From: Malacoraja senta
Lineage: Eukaryota
Direction of reading: 5' to 3'
Assembly: GCA_038087875.1 (NCBI GenBank)
Contig: JAXLNO010000625.1
Span: 62,001 to 126,000, forward strand
Length of the DNA: 64,000 nt
Position numbers and translations under genes: made by a program. The notes under the pieces were generated by a model. The model did not search any database. It worked only from the letters and a program-made list of their open reading frames with translations, and was not told the DNA's origin. Positions 37,770-51,172 of this stretch are shown piece by piece (position 1 is the first letter of the stretch; every line of letters starts with the position of its first letter).

Positions 37770-38617
37770 GAGGAACAAGGAACTGCAGATGCTGCAAATG
37801 TAAATGCAACTAGAGATGGTACAAATCAAGACACAAAATGCTGGATTAACTCAGAGTGTCCAGCAACATCTCTGGAGAACATGGATAGGTGACATTGTGG
37901 GTGACTTGGTGTGGGGAGGGGGAGGGCGAGAGAAAGTTGGAAGAGGGAAGAGGGAAGACAAACCCCAGTGAGTAAGAGGTGCCGAGAGGTGAGGGTTTGT
38001 TCTGCTACATTGATGATTGCATTGGGGTTGCCTCCTGCATCTGCGCAGAACTCGGTGATTTTATTAACTTTACCACTAACTTCCTCCCTGTTCTCAAGTT
38101 CACTTGGACTATCATCCCTAACCCATATCTCCTTTCATTCCCCCCTACCACCAGATGGAACAAGGATAGTTTCCATGCTCCTCACCTTTCACCCAGTAGC
38201 CTATGCGTCCAACACATTTCACCACCTTCAAGGTGATCCAACCACCAGTCCCATCTTCCCATCCACTCCCCTTTCTGCCTACCGCAGATACAGCTCCTTC
38301 TGCAACTCCTTGGTTCACTCATCCACCCCCTCCCCAGATACTTCCTACCACAACCACAGGAGATGTAATTCCTGCCCCTATACCTTCCCCTAGCAGTCCT
38401 TACAGATGAGACAAAGGTTCATGTGCATCTCCTCTGACCTCATCTACTGCATCTGATGCCCTCCTTTACATCGAAAACTAAATGTAGACTTGGCAGCTGT
38501 TTCAATGACCACATGCTCATTCTGCCAAGTCCTACTGGATTCCCTGGTTGCTAACTATTCTAACTCCCCTTCCCATTCCATTACAGACCTTTCTGTCCTG
38601 GGCCTCTTCCAATGCCA
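37770..38617 (+). mobile_element. Penelope-like element remnant (RT and GIY-YIG), preceded by an inverted terminal fragment
   Basis: LFCYIDDCIG..LKFTWTI RT motif (37979..38236); GIY-YIG-like LIYCI..LYI remnant at ~38410-38515. Confidence 0.8.
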
Positions 38618-39295
38618 GTCAATCAATCAATCAATCAGTTTTATTCATCACATACACATATAAGTGCAGTGAAATGAATTGGCCAGCAGCGGTACAATCA
38701 AAAAGGAACACACAATACACAATAAAATTAAACACAAACATCCACCACAGCATTCATCACTGTGGTGGAAGGCACAAAGTACAGTCAGTCCTCCTCCATT
38801 GTTTACCCGTGGTCGGGACCATAAACCTCCGTAGACGTACAGGCCCTCTCGTCGGGATGGTTGAAACTCCGACGTCGGGACGGTCGAACACACTCCATGG
38901 CTTGGAGGTCCCGAATCGGCACTTTCCTACTGGAGGCTGTGGCTTCAGGATGTTGTAGGCTGCAGGCCGGCTGTAGGAGCTCTTCTCTGGCTGTCCACGG
39001 TGAAGGAACCCAGGCTCCAGATGGTTAGTCCACGCCGCACCCGTGGCTAGAAGCTCCGCAGACCGCGACTTCAGGATGTTATCGGAGCACTCCCTTCTGG
39101 TGACCCCGGCAAGGGCTCGCCCGCTCCACGATGAAGAATCCACACTGCGCCCGCTGCTGAAACTCCGGGCCCGACTCCGTGGAGGAGGCGACTGAAAGCG
39201 GTTTCCCCCCTTATCCCCGCCCCTCACCACCCCCACACAAGACACACCGAGAGACACTAAAACACACATTTGGACACATAAAAAAAAACCAAAAA
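38618..39295 (-). mobile_element. GC-rich non-autonomous retroposon with Rex1-like tail and (GATT)n end
   Basis: Tail matches the nested insert at ~26721-26853; body related to 20829-21430. Confidence 0.65.
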
Positions 39296-39721
39296 ATAGA
39301 AATGACGAACATGCATTCAGATAATGCATTCAGACATGACATAGATTTAAAACATGCTGATGCTTTTAATAAACAAATGATAATAATATTAGTGACCCTT
39401 TACATCCGGGAAAGCAAATTATTGAACAGAACTTAAAATTGGGTTGGCAAACGAACCCGGCCTGGCAATCAGTTTATTATAAAAGGTTTGGAAAGTCCGC
39501 TCATTCGAACATCCTGCTGTCGCGAGCATGCTGTCCAGCGGAACCTCCATGAACCTCGTTGCTGATATTGTTGCAGCCCTGAGGGAGTGTGATTTAAAAA
39601 CATCAGTGTTCACTCCTGCACAAGCCAATACATGTCTTAACCATCTGGAGACGGTCTGCACTGAAACCCTCTTGTGTGTGTTTTTTGTGGCTAATGAACA
39701 TTGCCAGCTCAGTGCCTCTAA

Positions 39722-40305
39722 AAGGCCTGTCTCACGAGTCTGCGGTCTATGGCGGCGAAACGGGAGGAATCTGCCGCCATAGACCGCGCACTCGTGAGAA
39801 AGTACAATTCCCGGGCCGTGCGGCGGTGCTAAAATAAAAATGACAATGTCCAAAACAAAATACTCACCGCACAACCTCCACCAGTGATGCACAAGTGCGC
39901 ACGGCCGCTCGCATGGGCCGCCGCCAGTATGGCTCGAGCGCCGTGCGTCAAACCTCCTCTGCCACAGCCTCCGCCAGTGACGCACGTGCCGCCGCCAGTG
40001 AGGCACGTGTGCTGCACGGCCGCAGGCACAGCCACCGCTATAGCGCCGCGATCAGGATGGCCGCCGCCACAGCCGCCGCTGGTGAGTCACGTGCGGCGGG
40101 CCGACGTCATCGCAGTCGGCCCGCCCTTTTTTTACTTACCGCAAGCACGTGGGACACGCCGTGTTTGAATTAACTCGGCCCCCACGCAGCATCCGTGCGG
40201 TGCTCCGGTGGATAGGCTCGACGCTCTCGCCGTTGCCGCGCGGTTCTCGCTACCGGCGACACCGCGCTTCACCGCCGATGGCCGCAAACAGGTAAGACAG
40301 AGCCT
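39722..40305. mobile_element. PIF/Harbinger MITE inserted in the YR gene of DIRS copy B
   Basis: TAA TSD (39719-21 / 40306-08); TIR AAGGCCTGTCTCAC / GTAAGACAGAGCCT; removal restores YR frame TKNL-RGTELAMFISHKK. Confidence 0.85.
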
Positions 40306-41826
40306 TAAGGTTCTTTGTAGCCTTAAAATATTGTTGGATATGTGTGACAACACACAATCTCTGGTCCATAGGATATGCCAGAAATTCCAGCTTTAGACCT
40401 AACACCCCCAGTCTGCTTTGTTTAATTAGCTCATTCACATTGAACGTTATTTTGTTGGTAGATATAACCATTCTGTCCAGCCGTAGCTTATGCAACGACT
40501 GGACGTGTTGCGCTGAAACTAGCGCCAAGAGCCTAACTACCTTATATGTGAGCCGGGCCAAAGATAAGGATGTAGCTGGAGCCCACCGGCAAAGTAGTGT
40601 TAACACAATGTTAACATCCCATACTTCCGTGTACCTGGGCCTGGGAGGATTTGTGTTAAAGATACCCTTCATAAATCTGGATATCAGAGGGTGAGACCCG
40701 ACAGAGTGGTGTCCCGATCCCAGCAGCAAATATGATGACAAGGCACTTTTGGCACAGTTAATGGCATTATAACTTAATCTTTCGTCAAAGAACAATTTTG
40801 AAAGAAACTCCAAAACGTCAGTTATCCATGCCGTATTATACGTTATATTAGAATTTAAACAAAACACTTCCCATCTCCTGATGTAGGAAATGTACTGCTT
40901 CTTGGTGCTATCCCTCCAAGCTGTAGTGATCATGTCCACGGTTCGGTCTGACAACCCGAGCCCCAGGAAAGTTCTACTTAGAGTCTGCAAATCAATAAAT
41001 TGATTCTATCATGCAGAGGGTGGGCTTCCGGAGTCATGGGATGAACCAGCAAATTTTTGTGTTTAGAAATAACTATATAAGGTTCTATTATCATTCCCAA
41101 CATCAGCGGGAACCAGTCAGGCACTACCAAAATGCGTGAAGTGGAATCTTGCTGGATTTTTTGCAAGACCCGACTGATGAGGCAAAATGGAGCAAAGGCA
41201 TAAAAGAACATTCCTCCCCAGTGAAGCGAGAATGCATCTATCGCCACTGCCCCTAGGTCTGGCTCCCGTGCAACATATTTTGGCAAATGGTGATTGAGCC
41301 TAGATGCAAACAAATCGATATCCGGTGTTCCATACCTAGCAACAATGTCGTTAAATACTTTGTGATCCAACATCCATTCTGTGTATTCATTAAGTTTGTG
41401 TGACCTGGTGTCCGCCACCATTTGAACCTACCTGGCAAGCAGGTAGCTGAAATCCAAATGCTTTTTTCGATACACCAGCGCCAAATGAGGTTAGCTAAAC
41501 TATCACAGGATACTGACTTGATTCCACCCATATGATTAATATATGCCACCGCTGTAGTGTTATCAATTTGTAGTTGAACATGCAGATTATGCATATTCCC
41601 ACAATAAGCCTTTAACCCATAGAATGCCCCCAGCAACTCCAGGTAGTTGATACCATATAACTGAAGAATTGATAACTCATGCACATCCCATCTGCCACCG
41701 CAACTAGAGATGGTATTAATAGCTCCCATCCTTGAGCACTAGCACCAGTTTGTAATATAACTGAAGGTTTACTGACCAAAATGTTACTGGAGCAATGCTG
41801 AATATTGGTCGTCCACCATTGTAATT

Positions 41827-42246
41827 AACAATATAACCATATAACCATTACAGCACAGAAACAGGCCATCTCGGCCCTTCAAGTCCATGCCGAACACTTT
41901 TTTTTTTTTTGTTTTACCCTTCTTTCTTCTTACCTACCCCTAGTCCCATCTACCTGCACTCAGACCATAACCCTCCATTCCTTTCCCGTCCATATACCCA
42001 TCCAATCAATTTTTAAAGGATAAAATCGAACCTGCCTCCACCACTTCCACTGGAAGCTCATTCCACACAGCTACCACTCTCTGAGTAAAGAAGTTCCCCC
42101 TAATGTTACCCCTAAACGTCTGTCCCTTAATTCTCAAGTCATGTCCCCTTGTTTGAATCTTCCCTACTCTCAATGGGAAAAGCTTATCCACGTCAACTCT
42201 GTCTAACCCGCTCATCATTTTAAAGACTTTATAATTAAAGAATTTA
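41827..42246 (-). mobile_element. CR1 LINE 3' fragment inserted in DIRS copy B
   Basis: TAATT TSD (41822-26 / 42247-51); near-identical to 61404-61790. Confidence 0.9.
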
Positions 42247-44321
42247 TAATTCTGATATAGCTTCAGCTGGTAATAGCATAGGTCTGTTAAAATGACCTAA
42301 ATGGTACTTGAGTGCTTGTTCCTTTGCACGTTGTAAATTCTGATAATGCAAAGGCCCAAATTGCGCAGCTGGAAAAACAGCCACTATTTTGCCAATTACA
42401 CTAGCCACATGGCGAATAGAAGGCTGCTCCATGACAACAAGGTTGTTAAAGGCTTCTATTATTTCTAATCTCTTGCTCCAGGGCAGAGTCACAGACATAT
42501 TAATAGAGTTAATGGTAAATCCCAAATAATCAATAACTCTAGTTGGTATCAACTTGGATTTAACTGGATGGACGAGAAACCCCAATTTCTCAAATATGAG
42601 TTTCGTGGCTGAAACAGCTAATTTAGCCGAATACAGCATTTTCCCTATAATTAGAATATCATCCAGTTAGGCCATAACAATGTGTTTTTGAGCTCTGAGC
42701 AGCCCAAGCACCGGCTTTAGTAATTTGGTAAATAACCTGAGAGCTGAAGTTAGCCCATTAGACAACGCTTTAAACTGCCATAGTTGCCCCATCCGGCTAA
42801 ATTTCAAATATCTCCGGTGATCCCTGTGAATGGGATCTGAATAGTATGCATCTTTGAGATCGATGCATGTCATAAAGCATCCTTTGGAAACCAGTAATTT
42901 GGCAGTAATGAAGTTTTCCATTTTAAAATGTCTATACTGCACATGTGAGTTAAGTTGTGTTAAATCAAGGATGATCCAACATCCTCCATCTTTTGCCTAG
43001 AGAATATATTGGAGACGAATTGATGATGTTCATGACTTGACTTCTCGTTTACCCCTTTTGTGTGTAATTTATGAATTTCTGCTTGTATATCCAAACCTTC
43101 TTGTTTGGAATGAATAAATGCCCGACTTGGTGTATGTTGTATGGGTGGCAATGAGTTAGGAAGAAATTCAATTTGGAACCCTTGTATACTGTGCAGTATA
43201 AACGGATCTGATGTTATCCACTGCCATTCGTGTAAAAACAAGTGTAATCTACCACCAACCTGTAACTGGTCCACACACCCCATGTTCCGGAAAGAACCAG
43301 ACCCACCTACCTCCATGGTTACCGGTGGTCTTGTGGTAGGCCCAAAGGCCCCTAATACGGGTTCTATTTCCGTCCTCGAGGTTTGGAGGGTAGAACTGCT
43401 GGGGTGCGAGGATTGCGCATTTTCCATGAAGGCCGGCCTGGGTCTTGGCCTAAAAAAGACCTCTGCCCAGAAAAATCAACTTTCGAGCTGCCACGAAAGG
43501 AGACCTGCACTGATATGTCTCCGTATCACGGAGCATATTATGATGGAGCATCCTCTCCATGAGGTGCTCCATCCGGGATAAACGCCCAAAGACGCTATCC
43601 ATGGTTGTAGGAGGGGAATCCTCCTGGCCTGACTCATCTGAGTACACAGGCCTCTCTGACTTGCGTTTGGCTTTGCCCCCTTTCGGGGTTGCCAAAGTGC
43701 TTTGGGCAAGCACCAAGTCTGAAGTCGCTGACTGCACTGTCAGCGACTCGGACGGCGAAACTGACAGCCGCCGGCTACCCGCACTCCCGCGGTCCTCCTT
43801 AGCCAGTTTCCCCGCGGCCCGTCTGGATTTCGCCCTGGATTTATCCATCATCCATCAGCAAACACTGTAAAGAGAAGGTTTTCCAACAAAAGACACGATC
43901 TCAGAATAAGTTTGAAACTTACCTGCGAGGTTTTTAAACTTACCGCTGGAGGAGCGATGCTCCTCCCAGCCAGTCATGCGCCATGCATTAGACGTATTGA
44001 CGCACATGCGGGCTGGCGGGCTTCTTCACGTAGTCACTCACGTGACTTTGAAGTAAAATACGCCTGTGACGCTGCTGCAAACAAGATTTTCATACTACCT
44101 GTACCTCATTGCACGTGCATTTGACAATGAATGCAACATGAATTGAGGTTAGTGGGGGCAGCTGCCTTTTCAAACAGTTACAGTGCATTCGTGAAGAGGT
44201 TTTCACATTGCTGATGAATAGAAAATCTCCAGTGGCAATGAATGAATGAATGTCAGTAGTTCACCAGATTTGGGCAATATATGAATTCTGGGTGATTGTG
44301 CTTCCTGCTCATGTTCTTTCA

Positions 44322-45402
44322 GGCAACAGGGATGCAACGCTGAGGTTCTACAAGGCACTGATCAGGCCGCATTTGGAATATAGTGAGCAATTTTGGGCAC
44401 TATACCTGAGGAAGGATGAGCTGGCTCTGGACAGGGTCCGGAGGAGGTTTACAAGAATGTTCCCAGGAATGAGTGGGTTAACCTATGATGAGCGTTTGAC
44501 GGCACTGGGACTGTACTTGCTGGAGTTTAGAAGAATGAGGGGGGACCTCATTGAAACATACAGAATAGTGAAAGGCTTGGATAGAGTTGATGTGCAGATG
44601 ATGTTTCCACTAGTGGGAGAGTCTAGGACTAGAGGTTGTAGCGTCAGAATTAAAGGACGTTCTTTAAGGAAGGAGATGAGGAAGAATTTCTTTAGTCAGA
44701 GGGTGGTGAATCTGTGGAATTCTTTGCCACAGAAGGCAGTGGATATTTTTAAGGCAGAGATAGATAGATTCTTGATTAGTACGGGTGTTAGAGGTTATGG
44801 GGAGAATGGGGTTAGGAGGAGAGGTAGATCAGCCATAATTGAATGGTGGAGTAGACTTGATGGGCTGAATGGCCTAATTTTACTATCACTTATGACATTA
44901 TGTCAAGAGGTTTGGGATAAACCATTGAAGAATCTTGGTGATTGACTGTGGCACATCTTGCTGATGATGCAGACCACTCTGTGAGTACATATGTGGAGGG
45001 TCAGAGCCTCAGCTGGTGGCTGAATAAGCAAAAACGGTTCAAGAGTGCACAAAATCATGAGAGGAATAGATTGGGTAGGCACACAGCATCTCTTGCCTAA
45101 AGTAGGGCAATCAAGAACCAGAGGACATAGGTTTAAGGTGAGAGGGGAAAGATTTAATAGGAACCTGAGGAGCAACGTTTTGAAAACAGATGGTGGTGGG
45201 TGTATGGAACGAGGTGCCAGTGGAGATAATTGAGACAGGTTGTATCGTAATGTTTAATAAACATTTGGACAGGTACCTGGAGAGTTTAGAGGGATATGGG
45301 ACAAATGCAGGCGTGGAACTAATAGAGCTGGGACAGGTTGGTCGGTATGGGTAACTTGGGCCGAATGGAGTGTTTTAACAGCGTATGACTCTATGACTCT
45401 AA
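44322..45402 (+). mobile_element. Two CR1-clade LINE 3' fragments (44322-44900; 45045-45402)
   Basis: YKALIRPHLEY..RRMRGDLIETY..FFSQRVVNLWNSLP; CR1 tail with (GACTCTAT)n. Confidence 0.9.
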
Positions 45403-45623
45403 GAGATGCGAGGAGGTGATGTGTGCATGGAATGTGGGGTGCAGTGAGGAAAGGCGGGATTTGTAGTGATGCAAAGAGTGGGTGAAAGATGGGGAGTTAT
45501 AGGAGAGTCCTGTTTATACATTTAGCTTGCAAATCACACAAAATTGTGGGATGAGGTGGAATCAGGATGTAAGGAGATGGTACTGTTTTACGTAGCTGCC
45601 ATTATCTTTCTATAGGTCCAGCT

Positions 45624-45827
45624 TGTAAAGGATCTATAACGAGGCATCGTTACTTTACTATCTTTATTCATACTGGAGCATTACACATTGCACTAGCTGT
45701 ACGTGGTCTGTCACAGGAACTAGAGAGCGATCTGTGGGTGGGGAGGTTGTAGATATACTTGTGATATGGGGAGTGGTTAGTAGGTATGAGGTCACTATGT
45801 TAAAGGCACATGCATATCTCATCTACA
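45624..45827 (-). repeat. 3' LTR (204 bp)
   Basis: Identical to 50176-50379; preceded on minus strand by PPT GAAGAGGAAAGA; contains AATAAA. Confidence 0.97.
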
Positions 45828-45896
45828 TCTTTCCTCTTCGAAACGACAGGCAAATACAATGGTGACATGGCGACCACGGCTCATGCGCTAGGATGG

Positions 45897-48800
45897 TTAA
45901 ACAAAATCGCCATAGCGGTCAGGCGGTTTGACAAGACGTCCCGCCCGGGTTCGCGTCTCGCCATCCACCCTTCCTGCAGGAGGAAGAGGCACCGGCGGGG
46001 ACAGACGAACCTGAAAGGGGGAAACGGGAGGAGACGGAGGAGACCGCGGCACCGAACCGGGAGGTGATGCGAGATCAGGACCGGGAAGAGCGCGGGCAGG
46101 CGAGCGAGGACTAGTCGGAGCGGGGTGGAACGGAAGGGGCTGAGGAGGAGCAGAACGTTGCATGTCAGGAAGGACGGGCAGAGCAACGCCCTGACGCGAA
46201 ACAGGCAGTGGGGGAGCAAAGGGATCCGCGGCAGGAGGACGCGGCTCGTTGACGAGCCGAAGGTGCTGGCGGGACCGTCGGTAAATGGCTCCAGCGTGGT
46301 CGACGAGATAGGACCTGGGCGACCCCGCAGAGCCGACGACGGTAGCGAGCTTGGAGTGACCGGGAGCGGTCTGCATACGGACAACTTGACCGGGGAAGAG
46401 GCGCGGCAGCGGGTGGCAGGACCTGTCATGGGAACGCTTTTGGACGTCGTGCCTGAAGGCAATGCGTTTCTGAACCACCGCAGGTGGGAGGATGGAGGGT
46501 ATGAGGGAGCGCTGGGCCACAGGGAGCGGGAGTCTGGTAGCGCGAGACATGAGCCGCTGAGCAGGTGAACCCATGGCAGAGTCGCGGGAAATGTTCCGAA
46601 GGTTGAGGAGGGCCAGATGGAAGTCGGAGTTAATGCCACCACACTGTTCCAACAGGTGCTTCGCGCTGCGGACTGCGCGCTCGGCCAAACCGTTGCTTTG
46701 CGGGTACTCCGGGCTGCTGGTGAAATGGCGGAAGTTCCATCTGGAAGCGAACGCTTTAAACTCGGAGCTCGTGAACTGGCTGCCATTGTCCGATTGCAGG
46801 CTTGCCGGGGGGCCAAAAGTGCCAAAATGAGGGTACAACCTATCGATGACGGCCGAAGAGGTTATGGAATGCAGCCGGTCGACCACAAACCAGCTGGAGT
46901 AGGAGTCAACGAGAACCAGGAAGTGTTTGCCCCGCCACTCGAAAATGTCGGCGGCAAGCGCCATCCAGGGCAGTTCGGGCGCGGGCTGCTGCAGAAGCGG
47001 CTGACGCTGCTGGTGGGGGGTGAGGCTGTTGCAGGTGGAACACGAGGAGACCCTCTCCCGGATGTATTTGGCCATATCTGGCCAATAGAACTGGCTCCTG
47101 GCGAGAGACACGGTGGCTTCGGCCCCAGGATGACCGCGGTGAGCGACTTGAAAATAGTGGTCGTGCAGCGCCGCGGGCACGACCACCTTGTGACCCTTCA
47201 CCACCACGCCGTCGTGCAGTACGATCTCGTCACAGACCAGGAAGTAGGGCACGGCACCAGCCGGCAGTGCCGAACGACGGTCAGGCCAGCCCTGCCGGAT
47301 GACGGCAGACAGCTGTTGCAGGGCAGGGTCATTGGTAGTGTGTTCAACCAGGGACTTCATCTGCTGTGAGGGGACGATGTTCAATTGTAGCACCAATAGC
47401 TCAGACATTTCATATTGGTGGCGAGCGGTGGACGTCAGCGGGGCGCGAGACAACGTGTCGGCCACGAACATGTCCTTGCCCTTACGATAAACCACCGTGA
47501 ACGTGAAGCGCTGGAGCTGCAGCATCATGCGCTGCAGGCGTGATGAGGCCACATGGATCGACTTGTTGAGGATGGTGACAAGTGGCTGATGGTCAGTTTC
47601 AACGGTGAAAGTGTTGCCCACGATGTAGTCCCGGAATTTGGAGCAGGCAAACACCACGGCCAGTAGCTCCTTCTCGATCTGCGCGTAGTGCTGTTCGGTG
47701 GCGGTCATGGTGCGGGACGCGAAGGAGACAGGCAGCTGCAGGCCGTCATGGACCTGGAGACAGGCGGCACCAAGTCCGAACTGAGAGGCGTCGCAGGTGA
47801 GGACAATGGGACGCTGCAGGTCAAAGAACTTGAGCGTGGGGGTGCTGATCAGCTTAGACTTAAGAATGTCGAATGCCTTCTGATGGTTGGGTAACCAAAG
47901 CCAGGACGTGTCCTTTTTTATCAGATCCCTCAGGGGAGCGCTGAGCTCGCTGAGGTCGGGGATGAACTTCCCCAGGTAGTTTACCAAGCCTAGGAAGCGT
48001 TGCAGGCCTGCCACATTGGTAGGAGGGGGCATCCCTGAAATGGCAGCCGTTTTCTGCGGGTCTGGCTTTAACCCCTCAGCAGTGAATACATGTCCAACAT
48101 AGGTGACCTCCGGGACGCGGAATCGGCACTTCTTGGGGTTCAGTTTCAAGTTGATTTGCCGGGCCCGGTCCAGGACCTGGCGGAGGTTGACATCGTGTTC
48201 GGCAACGTCCTTACCGTAAACGAGGATGTCGTCAACAATTATGGCGCATGGTAGACCTAAAAACAACTGCTCCATTGTCCGCTGAAATACCTCGCTGGCA
48301 GAGTTGATTCCGAATGGCATTCGGAGGAACCGAAACCTTCCGTAGGGGGTGGCGAAAGTTGTCAAAATGGACGACCGCTCGTCCAGTGGTATCTGCCAGA
48401 AGGAGCTTTTGGCATCGAGGACAGAAAAAAACGTTGCTGGACCAACCTGTGCAGCGACTTCTTCCACCGTTCTCATAGGGTAGTGAGGGCGTCTAATGGC
48501 CGGGTTGAGGTCTTTGGGGTTGATGCAGATGCGTATCTCACTCATGTCCTTTTTAGCAGCAACAACCATGGAAGAGACCCAGCTGGTGGGCTCGACGACC
48601 GCCTTTAGGATGCCCATTTGTACCATACTGTGTAGTGTCGCCTCCACTCTGTCCCTCATGGCGAAGGAGACACGGTGAGGAGCATGGACCACAGGAACGA
48701 TCTTACGGTCCACTACAATCTTGTAGCTGCAGGGTAGTTTGCCTAGCTTGTCATCAAAGCGGTCGGGATAATCGGCCAGCGGGTCCATAAGAGTCTGCAC

Positions 48801-50079
48801 CTGGTGGATGTCACGGTGGAAGTACACCAGTCCCATTTCCTGGCATGCCCGGATCCCCAGCAGGGGAATGCATTTTTGATCGAGGAGATAGAAGGTGAGG
48901 GGCCGAGAGGTCTCTAGTATCTTACAGCGTAGCGTGGCCTTGCCCACAGGAGTAAGAATCTCCCCACCGTAGGCATGCAAGGTTGAGCTCTGGGAAAATA
49001 TCTGCTCATTAGTTCTTATCTGGTTGAAAAGAGATGTTGACATTACGTTGGCCACAGCCCCCGTGTCAATCTTAGCAGTGAAGGTCGAGTTGTTCACAGT
49101 GACTAGCACAGAAGGGTCCGTTATCATAGCAGGTGCGTCCAACACGGTAAACAAGTTGGTCTCCCCCTGAGAGGAGTCAGATGCAGAAACAGACTGTTCA
49201 TCGAAATAACACTGGCAGCTGAGCGCACTGTCAGCTTGTAGAAGGTTGTTTAAATTTCCCCTTCGAGCAGCGACAGGCTTCCAACGGGAACGACAAGCCG
49301 CAGCAAAATGGTTCAATTTTTTGCAGACATTACACGTTTTACCCAAGGCAGGGCACACATTGTATTGATGAGTCGTGAAGTTGCAATTAGGGCACCTTTG
49401 CCGGGTACCTCCCCCTGTAGCAGCACCGAACCCCAGGGCGCGTCCCCCTCGAGCAGCGAGCGACCCCGGGGGTCGCGACTGGGGTGTGTTTATGAGATGA
49501 CTGGGAGTGCTGGCAAAGTTGATCGCCTGTTCAGCCGGCGCCGCCGCCGAGGAAACAGCTTCAGCTAAGCAAGTAGCGTGCATAGCATCGGTTAAAGTCA
49601 GATCCGGCTTGCGCAGAAGTTCGGCCCTGAGCTTCTCATCACGGAGACCGTAAACCAGAAGGTCCCTGAGAATCTCATCGGGGTTCCACGCGTGGAGGCG
49701 GCAGCGCCTGCCGAGGTGCCGCAGCGCAATGACATAGTTCTCAGCAGATTCCCCAGGGATTCCCCAGGGAGCTGACGCCTCCACGCGTTCTAAGATGCAA
49801 TTTGTCGGAATTTGTCGGAATATCACAAATAGCATCAAACTTAGCCACCAGACATACCGGGTCCCGAGCTGATTCGCCATCAGCGTAGACGAAGAAGTCA
49901 GAGCGAGTCAGGGCCTCGGGACCAGCCAAGTTGAGAAGCAGAGAGGCTTTAAGATCGGCGGTGGCGGCAGGATGAGCGATCGTGAAATAGTGTTCAAAGT
50001 CACGTTTGAATACGTCCCATCGAAGGGCGATGTCTAAATCGAAAACGAGCACATCGGGCTTACGGGCAGAAGAGGCCAT
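45897..50079 (-). CDS. gag-pol: Gag-Pol polyprotein with one net frameshift in gag (~49801-49820)
   Basis: Start MASSARKPD (50079); two CCHC knuckles; PR IDTGA; RT LDAKSSFWQ, MPFG, IVDD; RH TCDAS, IEKELLA, TDH; IN HHCC, D..SDNG..AER. Confidence 0.93.
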
Positions 50080-50162
50080 GACAAAGAAATAGGAGGGCGG
50101 GGGAAACAAAAAACTGGGACAAAATTAAATGATAAACCGATAAACAGGAGGCGCAAGGTAAG

Positions 50163-50175
50163 TTATTCGACACCA
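50163..50175 (-). promoter_or_regulatory. Primer-binding site
   Basis: TGGTGTCGAATAA directly after the 5' LTR; resembles the complement of a tRNA-Leu 3' end (TGGTGTCAGAAG). Confidence 0.7.
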
Positions 50176-50379
50176 TGTAAAGGATCTATAACGAGGCATC
50201 GTTACTTTACTATCTTTATTCATACTGGAGCATTACACATTGCACTAGCTGTACGTGGTCTGTCACAGGAACTAGAGAGCGATCTGTGGGTGGGGAGGTT
50301 GTAGATATACTTGTGATATGGGGAGTGGTTAGTAGGTATGAGGTCACTATGTTAAAGGCACATGCATATCTCATCTACA
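50176..50379 (-). repeat. 5' LTR (204 bp)
   Basis: Identical to 45624-45827. Confidence 0.97.
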
Positions 50380-51172
50380 CAGCTTATAATAAACTATAAT
50401 GTTAGCAATAGCAACACCATTTATTGCAAGTACTATCACTTCCAAAGAGGTCACGTGGTGTAGGATTCTTGCCCATTGCTGGTTAAATGTTGTTGCCTGA
50501 TCTGCAAGAGAGGAAAAATATATCTGCAAGTATCAGACAATGCGATTTGTTGATGTACCTGTCATGGTTGAATAGTTGGACATGTCCACAAAGTGAGAGG
50601 AGTGGATTTGATGTTTCCAACTGTGCTGTATATGTTAGATGATGTGGTAAATAATACGTTATTGCCTTCCATCACAGTGCGCTGTGGTGGATGTTTATGT
50701 TAATTTTTATGTAGTTGTGTGTCGTTGCTTTTTTGATATAACTGTATGGCAACTCAAATTCTTTGTATGTTTTTACACACCTTGGCTTATAAATTAATTA
50801 CAAATACAATTATAATTACAAAGCATACCAGTGCTGACTGATAGAGATTGATGATGTATCAAATTGGTCAATGTATGTGGCTGGTGGCACCTTCAGTAGG
50901 ATATGGCATTTGAAGATGCCTTCAGCTGACCTTGCCTATTCATGCAGAGCTCATTTGTAGCATTGTACCCTGCTCCACCATTATTTGAACGTCTTTCGAG
51001 GGAATACCACAGATTGATATTTATTTGCCTCCAAAGTTAAAAATGGTAGCATTATAGCCCTTCTCTAATTGTTCTTAAGGAAATGGTGGTGAGCAGCCTT
51101 CTTGAACTACTGCAGACCTTCTGATAAATATACTCCGACATTGCTGTTGGTGATGGAGGTCCAGGATTTAGA

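Larger units (their letters stand above)
39300..44059 (-). mobile_element. DIRS1-like retrotransposon (copy B), gag-deleted, right terminus missing, two nested insertions
   Basis: Left terminus ATTTTACTTCAAAGTCACGTGAGTGACTACGTGAAGA; gag 43851-, RT 43427-42244, RNase H 41729-, MTase 41421-40978, YR 40990-39419. Confidence 0.93.
45624..50379 (-). mobile_element. Full-length Ty3/Gypsy LTR retrotransposon (Mag-like), very young
   Basis: Identical TG..CA LTRs, 5-bp TSD CAGCT (45619-23 / 50380-84), PBS and PPT, domain order gag-PR-RT-RH-IN. Confidence 0.97.

Noticed and set aside
45881..47369. Extra ORFs (45881..46825 -, 46125..46568 +, 46617..47369 +) as env or accessory genes
   Set aside because: Shadow frames of GC-rich pol with no recognisable motifs
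49801..49820. Programmed ribosomal frameshift in Gypsy gag
   Set aside because: No slippery heptamer; the shift lies early in gag and is explained by an exact 10-bp duplication
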